From contig JBEKDT010000017.1 in assembly GCA_050014195.1 (NCBI GenBank), positions 44,561 to 108,560 on the forward strand: DNA of 64,000 nucleotides, given 5' to 3'. The notes under the pieces are model-generated. The model did no database searches and had not been told where the DNA came from. It was given only the letters and a program-made list of their open reading frames with translations. Origin of the DNA: Desulfomonilia bacterium. GTDB lineage: Bacteria; Desulfobacterota; Desulfomonilia; UBA1062. Made by a program: the position numbers and the translations under genes. Shown piece by piece: positions 48,352 through 58,662 of the stretch; the first letter of the stretch is position 1, and every line of letters starts with the position of its first letter.

Positions 48352-49515
48352 TCAAACCAGGCCCATATCCCGGAACACCCGGCCGATCTGTGCTGCTGCC
48401 CACTGGAGATCATGCATCTCATGAGAGAGTGTGACTGAAAGGCGCAGGCGCGCTGTGCCGCGCGGTACGGTCGGGGGGCGTATGGCGGTCACCAGCAGAC
48501 CTTGCCCGCGCAGGCGCTGCGCCAGCTCCAGCGCCGCTTCATTCTCGCCGACGGGCACGGGGAGAATCTGGGAAAAAAAATCCGGGAGTCTCAGCCCCTC
48601 GGCCTTCAACAGGCCATGGAAGGTCTTTGCACGATCCAGCAGCCGCTCGCCCATATCAGGATCTTGACTGATCCGCTCTATCGCCCCTAGTGCGGCCCCC
48701 AGGCAGGCAGGTGACAGGGCCGTTGCAAAAATGAAGCTGCGGGCGCGATTGATCAGGAACTCGCGGCTTATCTCCGAGCAGACGACAAAGCCGCCCATAC
48801 TGCCCAGCGCCTTGCCGAGCGTACCGGCTGTGAAGTCCGGCAGGATACCCTTGCCCACTTGGCGGCAAACGCCCCCGCCTTTTCCCCAGATCCCTACGGC
48901 ATGCGCCTCATCCACCAGCATGACGGCCCGGTGTTTAGCCGCCAGGGTTCGTATTTTTTCAAAAGGTGCCAGGTCGCCGTCCATGCTGAATACCGATTCT
49001 GTCACGATGAGCCGGCGTCCCCGGCAGGGTGTGGTCTCCATCAGGTGAGCTAAGCCGGCAACGTCGTTGTGGGGAAAGGGTTTGATGGTGGCTCGGCTCA
49101 GGCGGGCGCCATCGATCAGGCTGGCATGCACCAGCCGGTCTGAGAAAATGATGTCGTCGCGGCCTGCCAGCGCCGCCACCACACCGACATTCATGCCGAA
49201 ACCGCTGCTGAAAACCAGCGCTTTTTCCCCGCCGACAAGGCGGGCCAAGGCGGCTTCCAGTTCCTCGTGTAACTCAAGTGTGCCGCACATCAGGCGCGAG
49301 GCTGTGGCCCCGCAACCCCAACGCTCGATCACCTCTATGGCCCGGCGCTTGACATGCGGGTCTCGGGCGAGTCCAAGGTAATCGTTGGAGGAAAAGTTGA
49401 GCAGTGTCCTGCCGTCTGCGAGCTCGATTCTCCCTCCGGACTGTGGCCAAACCTCAGTGCGGCGGCGCAGTGCCGCGCGTTCAAGTTGTTCGAGTTCGCG
49501 TTGCAGAAAATCCAT
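48352..49515 (-). CDS. bioF: 8-amino-7-oxononanoate synthase
   Basis: FSSNDYLGL, HASLIDG, ESVFSMDGD, DEAH, TLGKALG, IRPPTVP. Confidence 0.96.
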   Translation of the reverse strand: MDFLQRELEQLERAALRRRTEVWPQSGGRIELADGRTLLNFSSNDYLGLARDPHVKRRAIEVIERWGCGATASRLMCGTLELHEELEAALARLVGGEKALVFSSGFGMNVGVVAALAGRDDIIFSDRLVHASLIDGARLSRATIKPFPHNDVAGLAHLMETTPCRGRRLIVTESVFSMDGDLAPFEKIRTLAAKHRAVMLVDEAHAVGIWGKGGGVCRQVGKGILPDFTAGTLGKALGSMGGFVVCSEISREFLINRARSFIFATALSPACLGAALGAIERISQDPDMGERLLDRAKTFHGLLKAEGLRLPDFFSQILPVPVGENEAALELAQRLRGQGLLVTAIRPPTVPRGTARLRLSVTLSHEMHDLQWAAAQIGRVFRDMGLV

Positions 49516-49520
49516 AATGA

Positions 49521-50519
49521 TTACTCCTTGAAGCTTGCAGCGCCTTCCACTTCAAGCTCGAAACCCAGATCCTCTATCATTCTCAAGGCCTCGTCCCGGG
49601 GCTGTCCCCCTTCGGTCAGATAACCGTTGACGAAGATTGAATTGACCAAGAACAGCGCCATTGGTTGGAGGCTGCGGAGATGTACCTCTCGGCCGCCGGC
49701 CATCCTGATATCGGCTGCAGGATGAAGGAGGCGCGCCAAGGCCAGAACCCGCAGGCAGCGTAGCGGCGTCAGGCATGGGTCCAACATCTGGAAAGGTGTG
49801 CCGGGAACAGGGATGAGAAAATTGATGGGGATCGACTCGGGGCTTATCTGCCGCAACGCCAGCAACATGTCGACGATGTCTTCGTCGGTTTCGCCCTGGC
49901 CGATGATGCCGCCCGAGCATATCTCGAGCCCCGCTGCCCGGCAGACCTTCAGGTTATGTATGCGGTCGGACCAGGTATGGGTCGTGCAGATCGAGGGATA
50001 GTGGCGTTCGCTGGTGTTGATATTGTGGTTGACACGGTCCAGTCCGGCCTCTTGCAGTCGTCGTGCCTGCTCCGGCGACAGGAACCCCAGTGAGCAGCAG
50101 ACGGAGATACCCGTACCGGCCTTAATTTCCCGGATTACCCCACACAGGGCATCCACCTCGGTATCATTGAGCGTGCGGCCGCTCAAGCCCATGCAGAAAC
50201 GGTAGGCCTTGAGACGCCGGGCTTCCCTGGCCTCGGCGAGCAGTACATCACGGGTCTTGAGCGGATAGCGGGCGATCTCGGCCTTGGAGATTAAGGACTG
50301 TGAGCAGTAGTGGCAGTCTTCCGTGCAGATTCCGCTTTTGGCATTGCTCAGCACCTGAACCTGCACGCGATTGCCGTGGAAATGGTGGCGTACCCTCCAG
50401 GCCGCATCGAACAGGTCAAGAGAATCCCCATCGGAAGCGGCCAGGACAGCCAGGGCTTGTTTGCGGGATAGTATTTCGCCGGAAATGACGGATTGGGCTA
50501 AGAGAGCATATTCCATCAA
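49521..50519 (-). CDS. bioB: Biotin synthase
   Basis: NAKSGICTEDCHYCSQS radical SAM motif, NHN, CSGGIIG, PINF, AGGRE. Confidence 0.97.
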   Translation of the reverse strand: MMEYALLAQSVISGEILSRKQALAVLAASDGDSLDLFDAAWRVRHHFHGNRVQVQVLSNAKSGICTEDCHYCSQSLISKAEIARYPLKTRDVLLAEAREARRLKAYRFCMGLSGRTLNDTEVDALCGVIREIKAGTGISVCCSLGFLSPEQARRLQEAGLDRVNHNINTSERHYPSICTTHTWSDRIHNLKVCRAAGLEICSGGIIGQGETDEDIVDMLLALRQISPESIPINFLIPVPGTPFQMLDPCLTPLRCLRVLALARLLHPAADIRMAGGREVHLRSLQPMALFLVNSIFVNGYLTEGGQPRDEALRMIEDLGFELEVEGAASFKE

Positions 50520-50549
50520 ATGACATCCCTCATGGGAGAAACCTGCACA

Positions 50550-51473
50550 TCACGGCGGGCACTGGGCGCAGAAGGAACGGAAGACCTCGGTTGAAAGGTA
50601 GCGGTCGCCCCGGTCCGGGAAGATGACCACAACGGTGGATCCGCGTTTAAGGTCGCGTGCGACCTGAAGCGCACCCCACATGGCCGCACCCGAGCTGACC
50701 CCGCAGAACAGGCCTTCGTGGATGGAAAGGTCGCGGGTAGTCTCGAAGGCATCCTCGTCCGAGCAGATTATTTTGCTGTCCAACCGCGATGGATCGTAGA
50801 TCTTGGGGACAATGGCCTCATTCATGTTCTTCAATCCCTGGATGCGATGGTCCAGCGTCGGTTCGACGCCGATGATCTTTATGGAAGGCCTCTTTTCCTT
50901 GAGGAACATGGAGCACCCCATGAGGGTGCCGGTTGTGCCCATGCCTGCCACAAAGGCATCGACCTCGCCCTTTGTCTGCTCAAAGATCTCGGGGCCCGTG
51001 GTCTTGTAGTGGGCCAGATAGTTGTGGGGGTTGTCGAACTGGTTTGGCATGAAGAAATGGCTGCCGTCGCATTCCATGATATGGTGCGCCCGGTTGATGG
51101 CGCCGTCCGTTTTGTCGCAGCCGGGCGTCAACTCGAGGTCCGCTCCGAGGGCCTGGAGGACGGCCCTGCGCTCGGTGCTCACGCAGGTGGGCATGGTCAG
51201 CTTGATCTTGAATCCCATGGCCGCCGCCACCATGGCCATGCCGATGCCGGTATTGCCTGATGTGGGCTCCAGGATCACCTTGCCCGGGGTCAGCTTTCCC
51301 GACTCCACGGCCTCCCTCAGCATGAAGAGCGCGGGCCGGTCTTTGACCGAGCCGCCCGGATTGGAGCCCTCCAGCTTGGCCATGATCCGCACGCCCGTCT
51401 TGGCGGAGTCCCAGATATTTTTTATCTCCACAAGAGGCGTATTCCCTATGGCATCCAGTACACTCATGAGCAT
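50550..51473 (-). CDS. Cysteine synthase family PLP enzyme (CysM-like) with C-terminal CxxCPP
   Basis: IGNTPLV, KLEGSNPGGSVKDR, TSGNTG, GMGTTGT, IQGL, PDRGDRYLST. Confidence 0.9.
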   Translation of the reverse strand: MLMSVLDAIGNTPLVEIKNIWDSAKTGVRIMAKLEGSNPGGSVKDRPALFMLREAVESGKLTPGKVILEPTSGNTGIGMAMVAAAMGFKIKLTMPTCVSTERRAVLQALGADLELTPGCDKTDGAINRAHHIMECDGSHFFMPNQFDNPHNYLAHYKTTGPEIFEQTKGEVDAFVAGMGTTGTLMGCSMFLKEKRPSIKIIGVEPTLDHRIQGLKNMNEAIVPKIYDPSRLDSKIICSDEDAFETTRDLSIHEGLFCGVSSGAAMWGALQVARDLKRGSTVVVIFPDRGDRYLSTEVFRSFCAQCPP

Positions 51474-51594
51474 CTCTCCCTTTGAACCGTTTACTAATAT
51501 CGAAGCACTCTGCCTTCACGTATGACTTTTTCCCATCACTTGCAAGTTTTTCCCTATCCTTAAATTTTTAGGAGGGCTGTCAGGGGCCCTTTCA

Positions 51595-52380
51595 TTACGC
51601 CGAAGTCCCGGTATAATGCCGCAATCCCAGGCGCCAGAAAACCCGTGAGATCACTGACAGGACCAAAGCCATGACGATCGCGCCTGCCAGGGTGACCTCA
51701 TTCATGCGGCCGGTCAGGGCCTCGGCGGGTACTGTCGTGACAAAGGCGACCGGCACGATGAAGGTAAGCGCGAAGCGCAGCCACCCCGGATACAGGCTCA
51801 CCGGCCAGCGTCCTGCCTCGTACATGCTCTGGAAGATCATCAGGATATTTTCCACGCGCACAAACCAGAATGAGAGCGTGGCCAGGATCAGCCAGAAGCT
51901 ATAGATGATGACCGTGCCTGCGAGCAGCATCACGGTGAATTCGCCAACCTGCTGCATCCCCACCTTCTCCCCCAACCGCAGAAGCGCCGTTACCAGAACA
52001 GCGAATCCCAGCATGATATCTATAAGCTTCCAGATTTCCACCTGCTGGATGCTGACGAGGAGTTGGGCGTCTTCCGGTTTGGTGAGTGTGAAATCGAGCG
52101 TCCCGGTTCTTACGGATGCAATGAGCTGCTCCATTCCCGGCTGTATCACAAAACCGATTATACCTCCGACAAGAATGTAAATCCCCACCAGTGCCAGCAC
52201 CTCGTCGGGCCGCCAACCACCCAGCGTGCTGGTATGTGAGAAGATCACCGCCAGGCCGGCCACTGCCGTGGCCAATTCCAGGACGGACTGGAACAGTTGC
52301 ACGAAAAAGTTGATTCGGTAGGCCAGTTCGCCCATGACGCTGACCCTGAAAAAAACAGCTAGGAGGCGGGGGTAGCTCAT
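51595..52380 (-). CDS. ABC-2 type exporter permease
   Basis: AYRINF, GTLDFTLTKP, RWP...YPGW, C-terminal Y...SA; ATGA overlap. Confidence 0.87.
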   Translation of the reverse strand: MSYPRLLAVFFRVSVMGELAYRINFFVQLFQSVLELATAVAGLAVIFSHTSTLGGWRPDEVLALVGIYILVGGIIGFVIQPGMEQLIASVRTGTLDFTLTKPEDAQLLVSIQQVEIWKLIDIMLGFAVLVTALLRLGEKVGMQQVGEFTVMLLAGTVIIYSFWLILATLSFWFVRVENILMIFQSMYEAGRWPVSLYPGWLRFALTFIVPVAFVTTVPAEALTGRMNEVTLAGAIVMALVLSVISRVFWRLGLRHYTGTSA

Positions 52381-53180
52381 GCGCCCACCGCCGAATAGAC
52401 ATGCGTGCCCGCACGCCACACGATCCGGATCAATACCAGGCTTACACCCAGCCATACAGCCTGGGCCATAAGGCCTGTCAGTGCATCGCCTAACGTAAGA
52501 CGGCCGAGAAGGAGCTCAACCGGAAAGCCGATCATCCAGCGAAACGGCAGGACTGCGGCCGCCACCCGGATCGGATAGGGAAAAAGCGCAATCGGGGCGA
52601 TCTGCCCGGAAAGGAACAGCACCAGGACAAAATAGATCTGGTTGATGGCGCTGGTGCGCGTGGTCCAGAAGGCGGAGAGCGCCAGCGTCCACTCCAGGAG
52701 GAACCGCAGTATGAAGGCAAGCAGCAACGCAGGGACAAATGCTGCGACAGCCCATAAAGCGGGTGTGGCGGCTGGTTTGAAGATTGCTGCCAGCCCGGCC
52801 GCAATGAGCAGCATGAAGGGAAGGGTGACCAGCTTTGCCGAGACATTGTCGGCAATGTCGGAGTGGATCGGATGCACGGGCTTAAGCAGGGCGAACGACA
52901 GCCCCCCTTCCCGGATGCGGTATTCGTATTCATACATGATCCAGGTGTAGGTGAGGTGATTGACCAGCATAAGCACGATGAAATAGGCTGCGAACCCCTG
53001 TGCGGTATAATCGCCGACACTGCCGCCCGCCCCATTCGAGACGACCGACCAGACAATGAGATAGACGAGTGGCTCCAGCACGTGCCCCATCATCCAGATG
53101 ACGAGCGAGGCGCGGTACTGGAGCATCATGATGAAGGTGGTCTTAAACTGTTGGACATAGAGCTCCTTGAGCGCATTCAT
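52377..53180 (-). CDS. ABC-2 type exporter permease
   Basis: QYRA, IREG.LS..LLKP, LSGQIAP...FP, LPF, YSAVG. Confidence 0.87.
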   Translation of the reverse strand: MNALKELYVQQFKTTFIMMLQYRASLVIWMMGHVLEPLVYLIVWSVVSNGAGGSVGDYTAQGFAAYFIVLMLVNHLTYTWIMYEYEYRIREGGLSFALLKPVHPIHSDIADNVSAKLVTLPFMLLIAAGLAAIFKPAATPALWAVAAFVPALLLAFILRFLLEWTLALSAFWTTRTSAINQIYFVLVLFLSGQIAPIALFPYPIRVAAAVLPFRWMIGFPVELLLGRLTLGDALTGLMAQAVWLGVSLVLIRIVWRAGTHVYSAVGA

Positions 53181-54163
53181 AGGGGCTCCTGTGCAAAGAC
53201 CCGCTCGATTACTTCCTCGATGGGCGGGTCCTCGACCAGCAGGTCGATCACGGGCAGATCGGCCAGCAGGCGCTCCGTGACATGGGCGGTCTCGGCCTTC
53301 GGGACGCGCAGCGTAACAAGGCCGTCGGAACAGGAGACCACCTCGCCGTAGACATTCAAGTCGTTATGGCAATTTCCCAATTGCACCACAATGGTTTTAT
53401 GTGCGGTGAATTGCTGCACCAGATTCGAAAGGTCGCCGTCAAAGAGGAGCCTGCCGTGATGGATGACGACGACGCGGCGGCACAGCGCCTCGACGTCGGC
53501 CATGTAGTGGCTGGTCAGTAGAACGGTCGCATCAAAGCGGCGGTTGTACTCTGCAATAAAGGTGCGGATGCGCCGTTGCATGGTCACATCGAGGCCTATG
53601 GTGGGCTCGTCGAGAAAGACCACCTGGGGCCGGTGCAGGAGGGCTGATGCAATCTCGCACTTCATCCGTTCACCTAAAGAGAGGTTGCGCACAGGCTTCT
53701 GGAGAAGCGGCCCCAGATCCAGGAGCTCGGTCAGCTCGCCGAGCATGAGGCGATAGTCCTCAAGCGGGATGCGGTAGACGGCCCGGTTCAATTCGAACGA
53801 ATCCAGGGCCGGGATATCCCAGATCAACTGGTTGCGCTGACCCATAACGAGTGTAATTTGGCGGAGATATTCTTTGTCGCGCTTCCACGGCACATGGCCG
53901 AGCACCCTCACCTCGCCCGTAGTGGGGTGGAGCAGGCCCGAGAGCATCTTGAGCGTGGTCGTCTTGCCTGCGCCGTTGGGGCCTAAGAACCCCACGATCT
54001 CGCCAGGGGCGAGGTCAAATGTGATGCCGTCCACGGCGTGTATATCCCTGGTGCGCCGGTGCACGAGGCTTTTGAGCGCGGCCTTCACCCCGACTTCACG
54101 CTCGTTCACGACATAGATTTTGGACAGATCACGGATGTGGATCGCAGGCGCTGTCATGTTCAT
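53177..54163 (-). CDS. ABC exporter ATP-binding protein
   Basis: GPNGAGKTT, LSLGERM, FLDEPTIGLD, TSH. Confidence 0.95.
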   Translation of the reverse strand: MNMTAPAIHIRDLSKIYVVNEREVGVKAALKSLVHRRTRDIHAVDGITFDLAPGEIVGFLGPNGAGKTTTLKMLSGLLHPTTGEVRVLGHVPWKRDKEYLRQITLVMGQRNQLIWDIPALDSFELNRAVYRIPLEDYRLMLGELTELLDLGPLLQKPVRNLSLGERMKCEIASALLHRPQVVFLDEPTIGLDVTMQRRIRTFIAEYNRRFDATVLLTSHYMADVEALCRRVVVIHHGRLLFDGDLSNLVQQFTAHKTIVVQLGNCHNDLNVYGEVVSCSDGLVTLRVPKAETAHVTERLLADLPVIDLLVEDPPIEEVIERVFAQEPL

Positions 54164-54279
54164 GTCTCTTTTTCAACTCCGATTATACGGCTTCTATAAT
54201 AATGTCGGATATGTCTTGGGCAATGAGTCACAGCATGATGATGCCCATCCCCAAGGATATGGCAATAACGGCACGGACA

Positions 54280-54717
54280 CTATATGAGGTCGTCTTTTTT
54301 GCAATGCTCCGGGCGGATACTCATGAATGCACGAATATCATCATAGTGATAAGCCCCAGCGAAGAGGCAGAGCAGTGCTATCTGAAGACACCACGTTGGA
54401 ACCATGCGCCATACCGCGAGGCGGCCCGAAAGGACGGCAACGGCCTCGGTCAGCGCAAGGCCGTAAATGACAAAGACCGTTAGAGCCGCGACAAAGCGCC
54501 TTTCGATCGGACGCCGGTATGCCCACAGAAGAAGTCCTGTCCAGCCCAGCATGAGAGAAGCGGCATAACCCATGGCGAACCGGTAGGCATGAGACTGATC
54601 GTCGAATCCCCAGAGGAGACGGGCAAGTTCGGGAACCAACATCGGCAACACCGCCATCGCATCGGTTATCGCACCCACCAAAAACGCCGTCTTAAGCAGT
54701 CGTTCCTGTTCCATCAT
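54280..54717 (-). CDS. Hypothetical four-TM membrane protein
   Basis: GAITDA...YAASLMLGWT.LLLWA..PIERR hydrophobic pattern; RBS upstream. Confidence 0.7.
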   Translation of the reverse strand: MMEQERLLKTAFLVGAITDAMAVLPMLVPELARLLWGFDDQSHAYRFAMGYAASLMLGWTGLLLWAYRRPIERRFVAALTVFVIYGLALTEAVAVLSGRLAVWRMVPTWCLQIALLCLFAGAYHYDDIRAFMSIRPEHCKKDDLI

Positions 54718-54822
54718 TAAAATAGCATACCTCTTCCATATAAATGGAATCATATTTCCCATAAATCTCATTTTTTAATTAATATCAACTGCAAACCAAT
54801 TGAAATTACATTATATTACGTT

Positions 54823-54837
54823 TGGCATTTTCTTTGC
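54823..54837 (+). promoter_or_regulatory. Sigma54 promoter (TGGCATTTTCTTTGC)
   Basis: TGGCA-N6-TTGC consensus with an AT-rich upstream region. Confidence 0.75.
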
Positions 54838-54900
54838 TTTAAAATTAATGGATTATTCTATCATGAAATGCTCCCTCTAGGATTAAATGGGAGAAGGGAT

Positions 54901-55488
54901 ATGAGGAGATTTTTAACGTTTTTGGCAGTACTCATATTGCCCCTCTTTCTATGTGCAATGACCCCACTCACAGAATCTGATATGTCCAATGTCAGCAATC
55001 CTCTGAGCTTAATGATCAATCCTGATAACATTATGGATATCAACAATGGCGCCAAAGCATGGGATGATTCTGGCGTTATTAGCAAATTCTTACTAAACTC
55101 CATCAATCTAACGTGGAATGTTGACCTCTATCTAGATAAAAGCAATGGTGAGACCATAGAAACTCAAGAAACTAGTAAACACTTCTCCTCTTTATCATTG
55201 CTATGGGGTAATGGTATGTTTGACAATCTTCAGTTCTTTCTGATTGATCCAATTACTGGGAAAAGTTACACTACAATAGTCTCTGGTGAAGACACTCAGA
55301 CAACCTATAGTAATCCTCAGGCTGAAATTACACACACCATGGCATATCCAATTGATTACACAACGAGTTTAAATAATCCTTATAGATATATGATAATGGA
55401 TGGTAATATTGAAATGCGTGACACCTATAGAAGTCCAACTACAACCATCATCAACGCTGGGAGCTGGGTAGACATCAGGACTCATTAA
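54901..55488 (+). CDS. Secreted DUF6160/FilA-like protein (putative filament subunit)
   Basis: Signal peptide followed by AMTPLTESDMSNV, ...AWDDSG, and C-terminal GSWVDIRTH beta-strand. Confidence 0.55.
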   Translation: MRRFLTFLAVLILPLFLCAMTPLTESDMSNVSNPLSLMINPDNIMDINNGAKAWDDSGVISKFLLNSINLTWNVDLYLDKSNGETIETQETSKHFSSLSLLWGNGMFDNLQFFLIDPITGKSYTTIVSGEDTQTTYSNPQAEITHTMAYPIDYTTSLNNPYRYMIMDGNIEMRDTYRSPTTTIINAGSWVDIRTH

Positions 55489-55674
55489 TTCATAGCCCTC
55501 AATGTATCTAAGGGGGAACTTTAGGACAAGTTCACTTTTCCTGCTTGTACAGATAGCTGCGATAAATCTCAGCAAGCTCCATTTTGATCGTGACTATACA
55601 TTCTGATATGAAATCTATGAATGCTTCGTTCAAAGATCATTTGGGAATCGGCCTTTTTGCATTCTTTGCAAAAC

Positions 55675-55740
55675 TGGGGTCAGAGACGATTTTCTAAGAT
55701 TATCTATTCTGACTGATAACGAGAAATCGACTCTGGCCTA
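55675..55740. repeat. REP-like inverted repeat pair
   Basis: TGGGGTCAGAGACGATTT...AAATCGACTCTGGCCTA. Confidence 0.6.
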
Positions 55741-55904
55741 GATTTTCAGGCTTTTGAGCGCGTCGGGTTTCTATTTGCAAGATCAAGTTGTAGCTATTGT
55801 ATCTGATGTCGGGTCTGAAAGTGCCGGTAGTTCCAGTAACGGCACGTACTTTCCAGGCCAAGTTCTTCGGCCAAAATCTCGGCTTAATTTCTCAATTGAT
55901 ACTT

Positions 55905-56885
55905 TCAATTACCGCTGCAAATGGCACGCAGCGCATCGATATCATCCTGTGAGGGTTCCAGACTGTTTGAATGGTTGATGGGGTACATAATGGATTCAGG
56001 GTTATTATTGTGTTTCAGACCAAGGGAATGGCCAAGCTCATGCGCCAGAACCCTTACCAGCATGGTATGGTTGGTGAATTGGAAAACGGTTATTGAACGG
56101 GCATATTTCATCCTCTGATATTGCCCTTCTTTGAACTCACTACCCATTTCTCTCCGTGTATTGCGAAATTGCACCACTTCAAGGTTGAGATTGTCGGCGA
56201 TCTGATTAATCACAACAGCCATGCTGCTTAAAGTATCAGATGTGTTTTTCAGCTCTTCTTGATGACTTTTTATCTCATTAAGTTTAGACTCCAGTACATT
56301 TTTTTCCGTTATGAGTTGTTCGTATACTTGTTGAGAGACATTACCTTTCTTATAAATCGCATCATTTTTCGCATTAAAAGCCTTCATGCTTGCATTGTAG
56401 GAATTAACCTCAGCACTATAGGCTGAGATTTTTTGAGTATATTCAGATTTTAAACTCTCAAACTGGGACTTGACGGAATAATACGAGCTTTTTGTATTAC
56501 TTATGTTACCGATGATTTTTTTTATCTTGTCTGTTGCTTCCTGCCTGTAGTCATAAACAAAATTAATAGCAAATCCGCTGGAAGAATCTTCCTGGAAAAG
56601 CTTGCGTCCCAAGGCATTTTCCCATATGGATGCAGCTTCGTTTATGGCATCCAACACATCCTGGTTGCTCATACCGAAGCGTTCGTCGAGAGAACCTATA
56701 CGGTACAAGAGTGGTTTGTCACACTCATAAGCGTGACAGGCAGTACTTGCAATTATAGTGCAGCAAAAAAGCATTGCTGTTGCAAGGAGTATAAACCGAA
56801 GCTGCCCTGATTTGTCGTTGTTTATAATTATATTTTTCATTCTGTAATTTTCGGCAATTTTATTTATTTCATTGAATATTATCAT
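55905..56885 (-). CDS. Matrixin (M10A) metalloprotease with a long coiled-coil insert
   Basis: HELGHSLGLKH zinc motif, SIMYP Met-turn, hydrophobic N-terminal segment, heptad-rich middle. Confidence 0.88.
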   Translation of the reverse strand: MIIFNEINKIAENYRMKNIIINNDKSGQLRFILLATAMLFCCTIIASTACHAYECDKPLLYRIGSLDERFGMSNQDVLDAINEAASIWENALGRKLFQEDSSSGFAINFVYDYRQEATDKIKKIIGNISNTKSSYYSVKSQFESLKSEYTQKISAYSAEVNSYNASMKAFNAKNDAIYKKGNVSQQVYEQLITEKNVLESKLNEIKSHQEELKNTSDTLSSMAVVINQIADNLNLEVVQFRNTRREMGSEFKEGQYQRMKYARSITVFQFTNHTMLVRVLAHELGHSLGLKHNNNPESIMYPINHSNSLEPSQDDIDALRAICSGN

Positions 56886-57283
56886 ACAAATATTTTTTAA
56901 GAGATGAGATCTGACAATTAAAGGCAGACTCCCTCAACAGCGAATAGAGCTTTTTAAGATGTTAATAATCCCTTGCCGCTTGAAAAGTCCACATGACTAT
57001 AAGGACACATTGCTTTGTTAAAAGCAGAGGTACTTCGATAAATCTCAACAAGCCCCATTTTGAACCCACTTATGACACCCCCGTTCACATTTTTCCATTA
57101 CGAAAAAATAATCACAGGCAATTTAAACGTGTGCTTTAAGAGGGATAAACTAATTATCAACCTAATTTCTATCCCGTTTTTGTATGTTGTAGGACGAGAT
57201 CATGTATTGTATTGTTCAACCATTAGAAATTACAACTTAAGATCGGCTCCTGAGATGAAATGACTTTTGGCTAAGGAGTTCTC

Positions 57284-58399
57284 TTGCCTGATATCGTCTT
57301 GAGAATCATGTTGGAGATAATCACCTTCGGCGTCGGGTTTTCCCTTGTTTTTGCAATTGCCCAAATCTGCAGAAAAGACTTAGACCAGTCGAACTATCTC
57401 AACTTCCTGGTTTTTCTGGGGAACAGCATTATTCAGCTGTTTGTAGTGCTGAAGGTGAAGAATGTCATCCAGGAATACCCCCTTGCTACCTTTCTTTCCC
57501 TGTCTGCGATTTTCTTTATCGGCCCTGCAAATTATCTGTATCACCATATCCTGCTGAATCCGGCAAAGTCGGTGTCGGTGAAGCTGAAGATTCAATTCGT
57601 CCCTGCAGCAGCAGCCCTCGTCTGCGAGATTATCTTCCAGCTCCTGCCCCTCGATCTGAAAAGACAATTTCTGACCGGGCTGATCAACTCACCGCTACAC
57701 CATTGGTTCACGCTCGTACTGGCATCCGGTGCGGTCTTCAACTTCGTCTATTTCCTTATCATGTTCAGGTTGGGGCTCAGTGTCCTGAAGAGTGAGAACA
57801 TACGGACGCAGGTCCTTATGATACTGGCCGCCTTTTTCTCCACGCTGGTATCCATTGTCCTTCTCTCCCTTGGTTTTCTGTTCGGTTCGGACCCAGCGCT
57901 GCTCATGGGCGGGACGATTATAACACTCATAAATATCTCCATGTTCCTGTCCAATATGAGGTACCCCAACTTCTACCGGCTCATCGAGAACGAGATCAAG
58001 AAAAACAGGTACGAAAGGTCTCTTCTCAAGGGGCTGGACACCGAGGTCGTCTTTGAGCGCCTGACCTATCTGATGGGTGTCGAAAGTATCTATAAGGATT
58101 TTGACTTAAGCCTTGAAGGCCTTGCGCAGATGATGTCCATCACCCCTCACCAGCTTTCCCAGTTCATGAACGAGAGGCTCAATACCAATTTTCGCAATTA
58201 CATAAATTCGTACCGGATCGAGGAGGCGAAGAAGATACTCATCAGTGAGTCGGACAAGAATATTCTCACGATCTGCTATGATGTCGGGTTCAACTCGAAA
58301 TCCACCTTCAACCATTGCTTCAAAAAATATACGGACAAAACACCCTCCGAGTTCCGCCAGGAGTATCAGTCAAAGGATGAGGACCGTCCAGATCTATAA
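57284..58399 (+). CDS. Membrane-anchored AraC family transcriptional regulator
   Basis: About 7 hydrophobic segments, then HQLSQ..N...NF..YIN.YRIEEAK and VGFNSKSTFN..FKK.T..TPSEFR; TTG start with AAGGAG RBS. Confidence 0.92.
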   Translation: MPDIVLRIMLEIITFGVGFSLVFAIAQICRKDLDQSNYLNFLVFLGNSIIQLFVVLKVKNVIQEYPLATFLSLSAIFFIGPANYLYHHILLNPAKSVSVKLKIQFVPAAAALVCEIIFQLLPLDLKRQFLTGLINSPLHHWFTLVLASGAVFNFVYFLIMFRLGLSVLKSENIRTQVLMILAAFFSTLVSIVLLSLGFLFGSDPALLMGGTIITLINISMFLSNMRYPNFYRLIENEIKKNRYERSLLKGLDTEVVFERLTYLMGVESIYKDFDLSLEGLAQMMSITPHQLSQFMNERLNTNFRNYINSYRIEEAKKILISESDKNILTICYDVGFNSKSTFNHCFKKYTDKTPSEFRQEYQSKDEDRPDL

Positions 58400-58662
58400 A
58401 TCCGGCTGCCCGCACCGCCGTTGTCGACGGGTCTGAAACAAGGCTTGGAGCCGGTAAACAGCAAAACATTCAAAATCATGGTTTTTCTCATTGGAGCATA
58501 CTTTTGCAGATCTTCTCTATTGTTGTTGAACATGAAGAAGGGAGAATAATTCCCTCTTCGAAGGGGGATGCTTTCTTGAATATCTACCGTGAGGGGGATG
58601 TTGGTATGAATGATTGTATGGTGTATGGCATGGCCCTCATCTTTTTCCAGAGATTTTTTTCC

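Noticed and set aside
51474-51594. BirA operator upstream of the biotin operon
   Set aside because: No TTGTAAAC-N-GTTTACAA-like palindrome found; only a short ACTTGCAAGT palindrome
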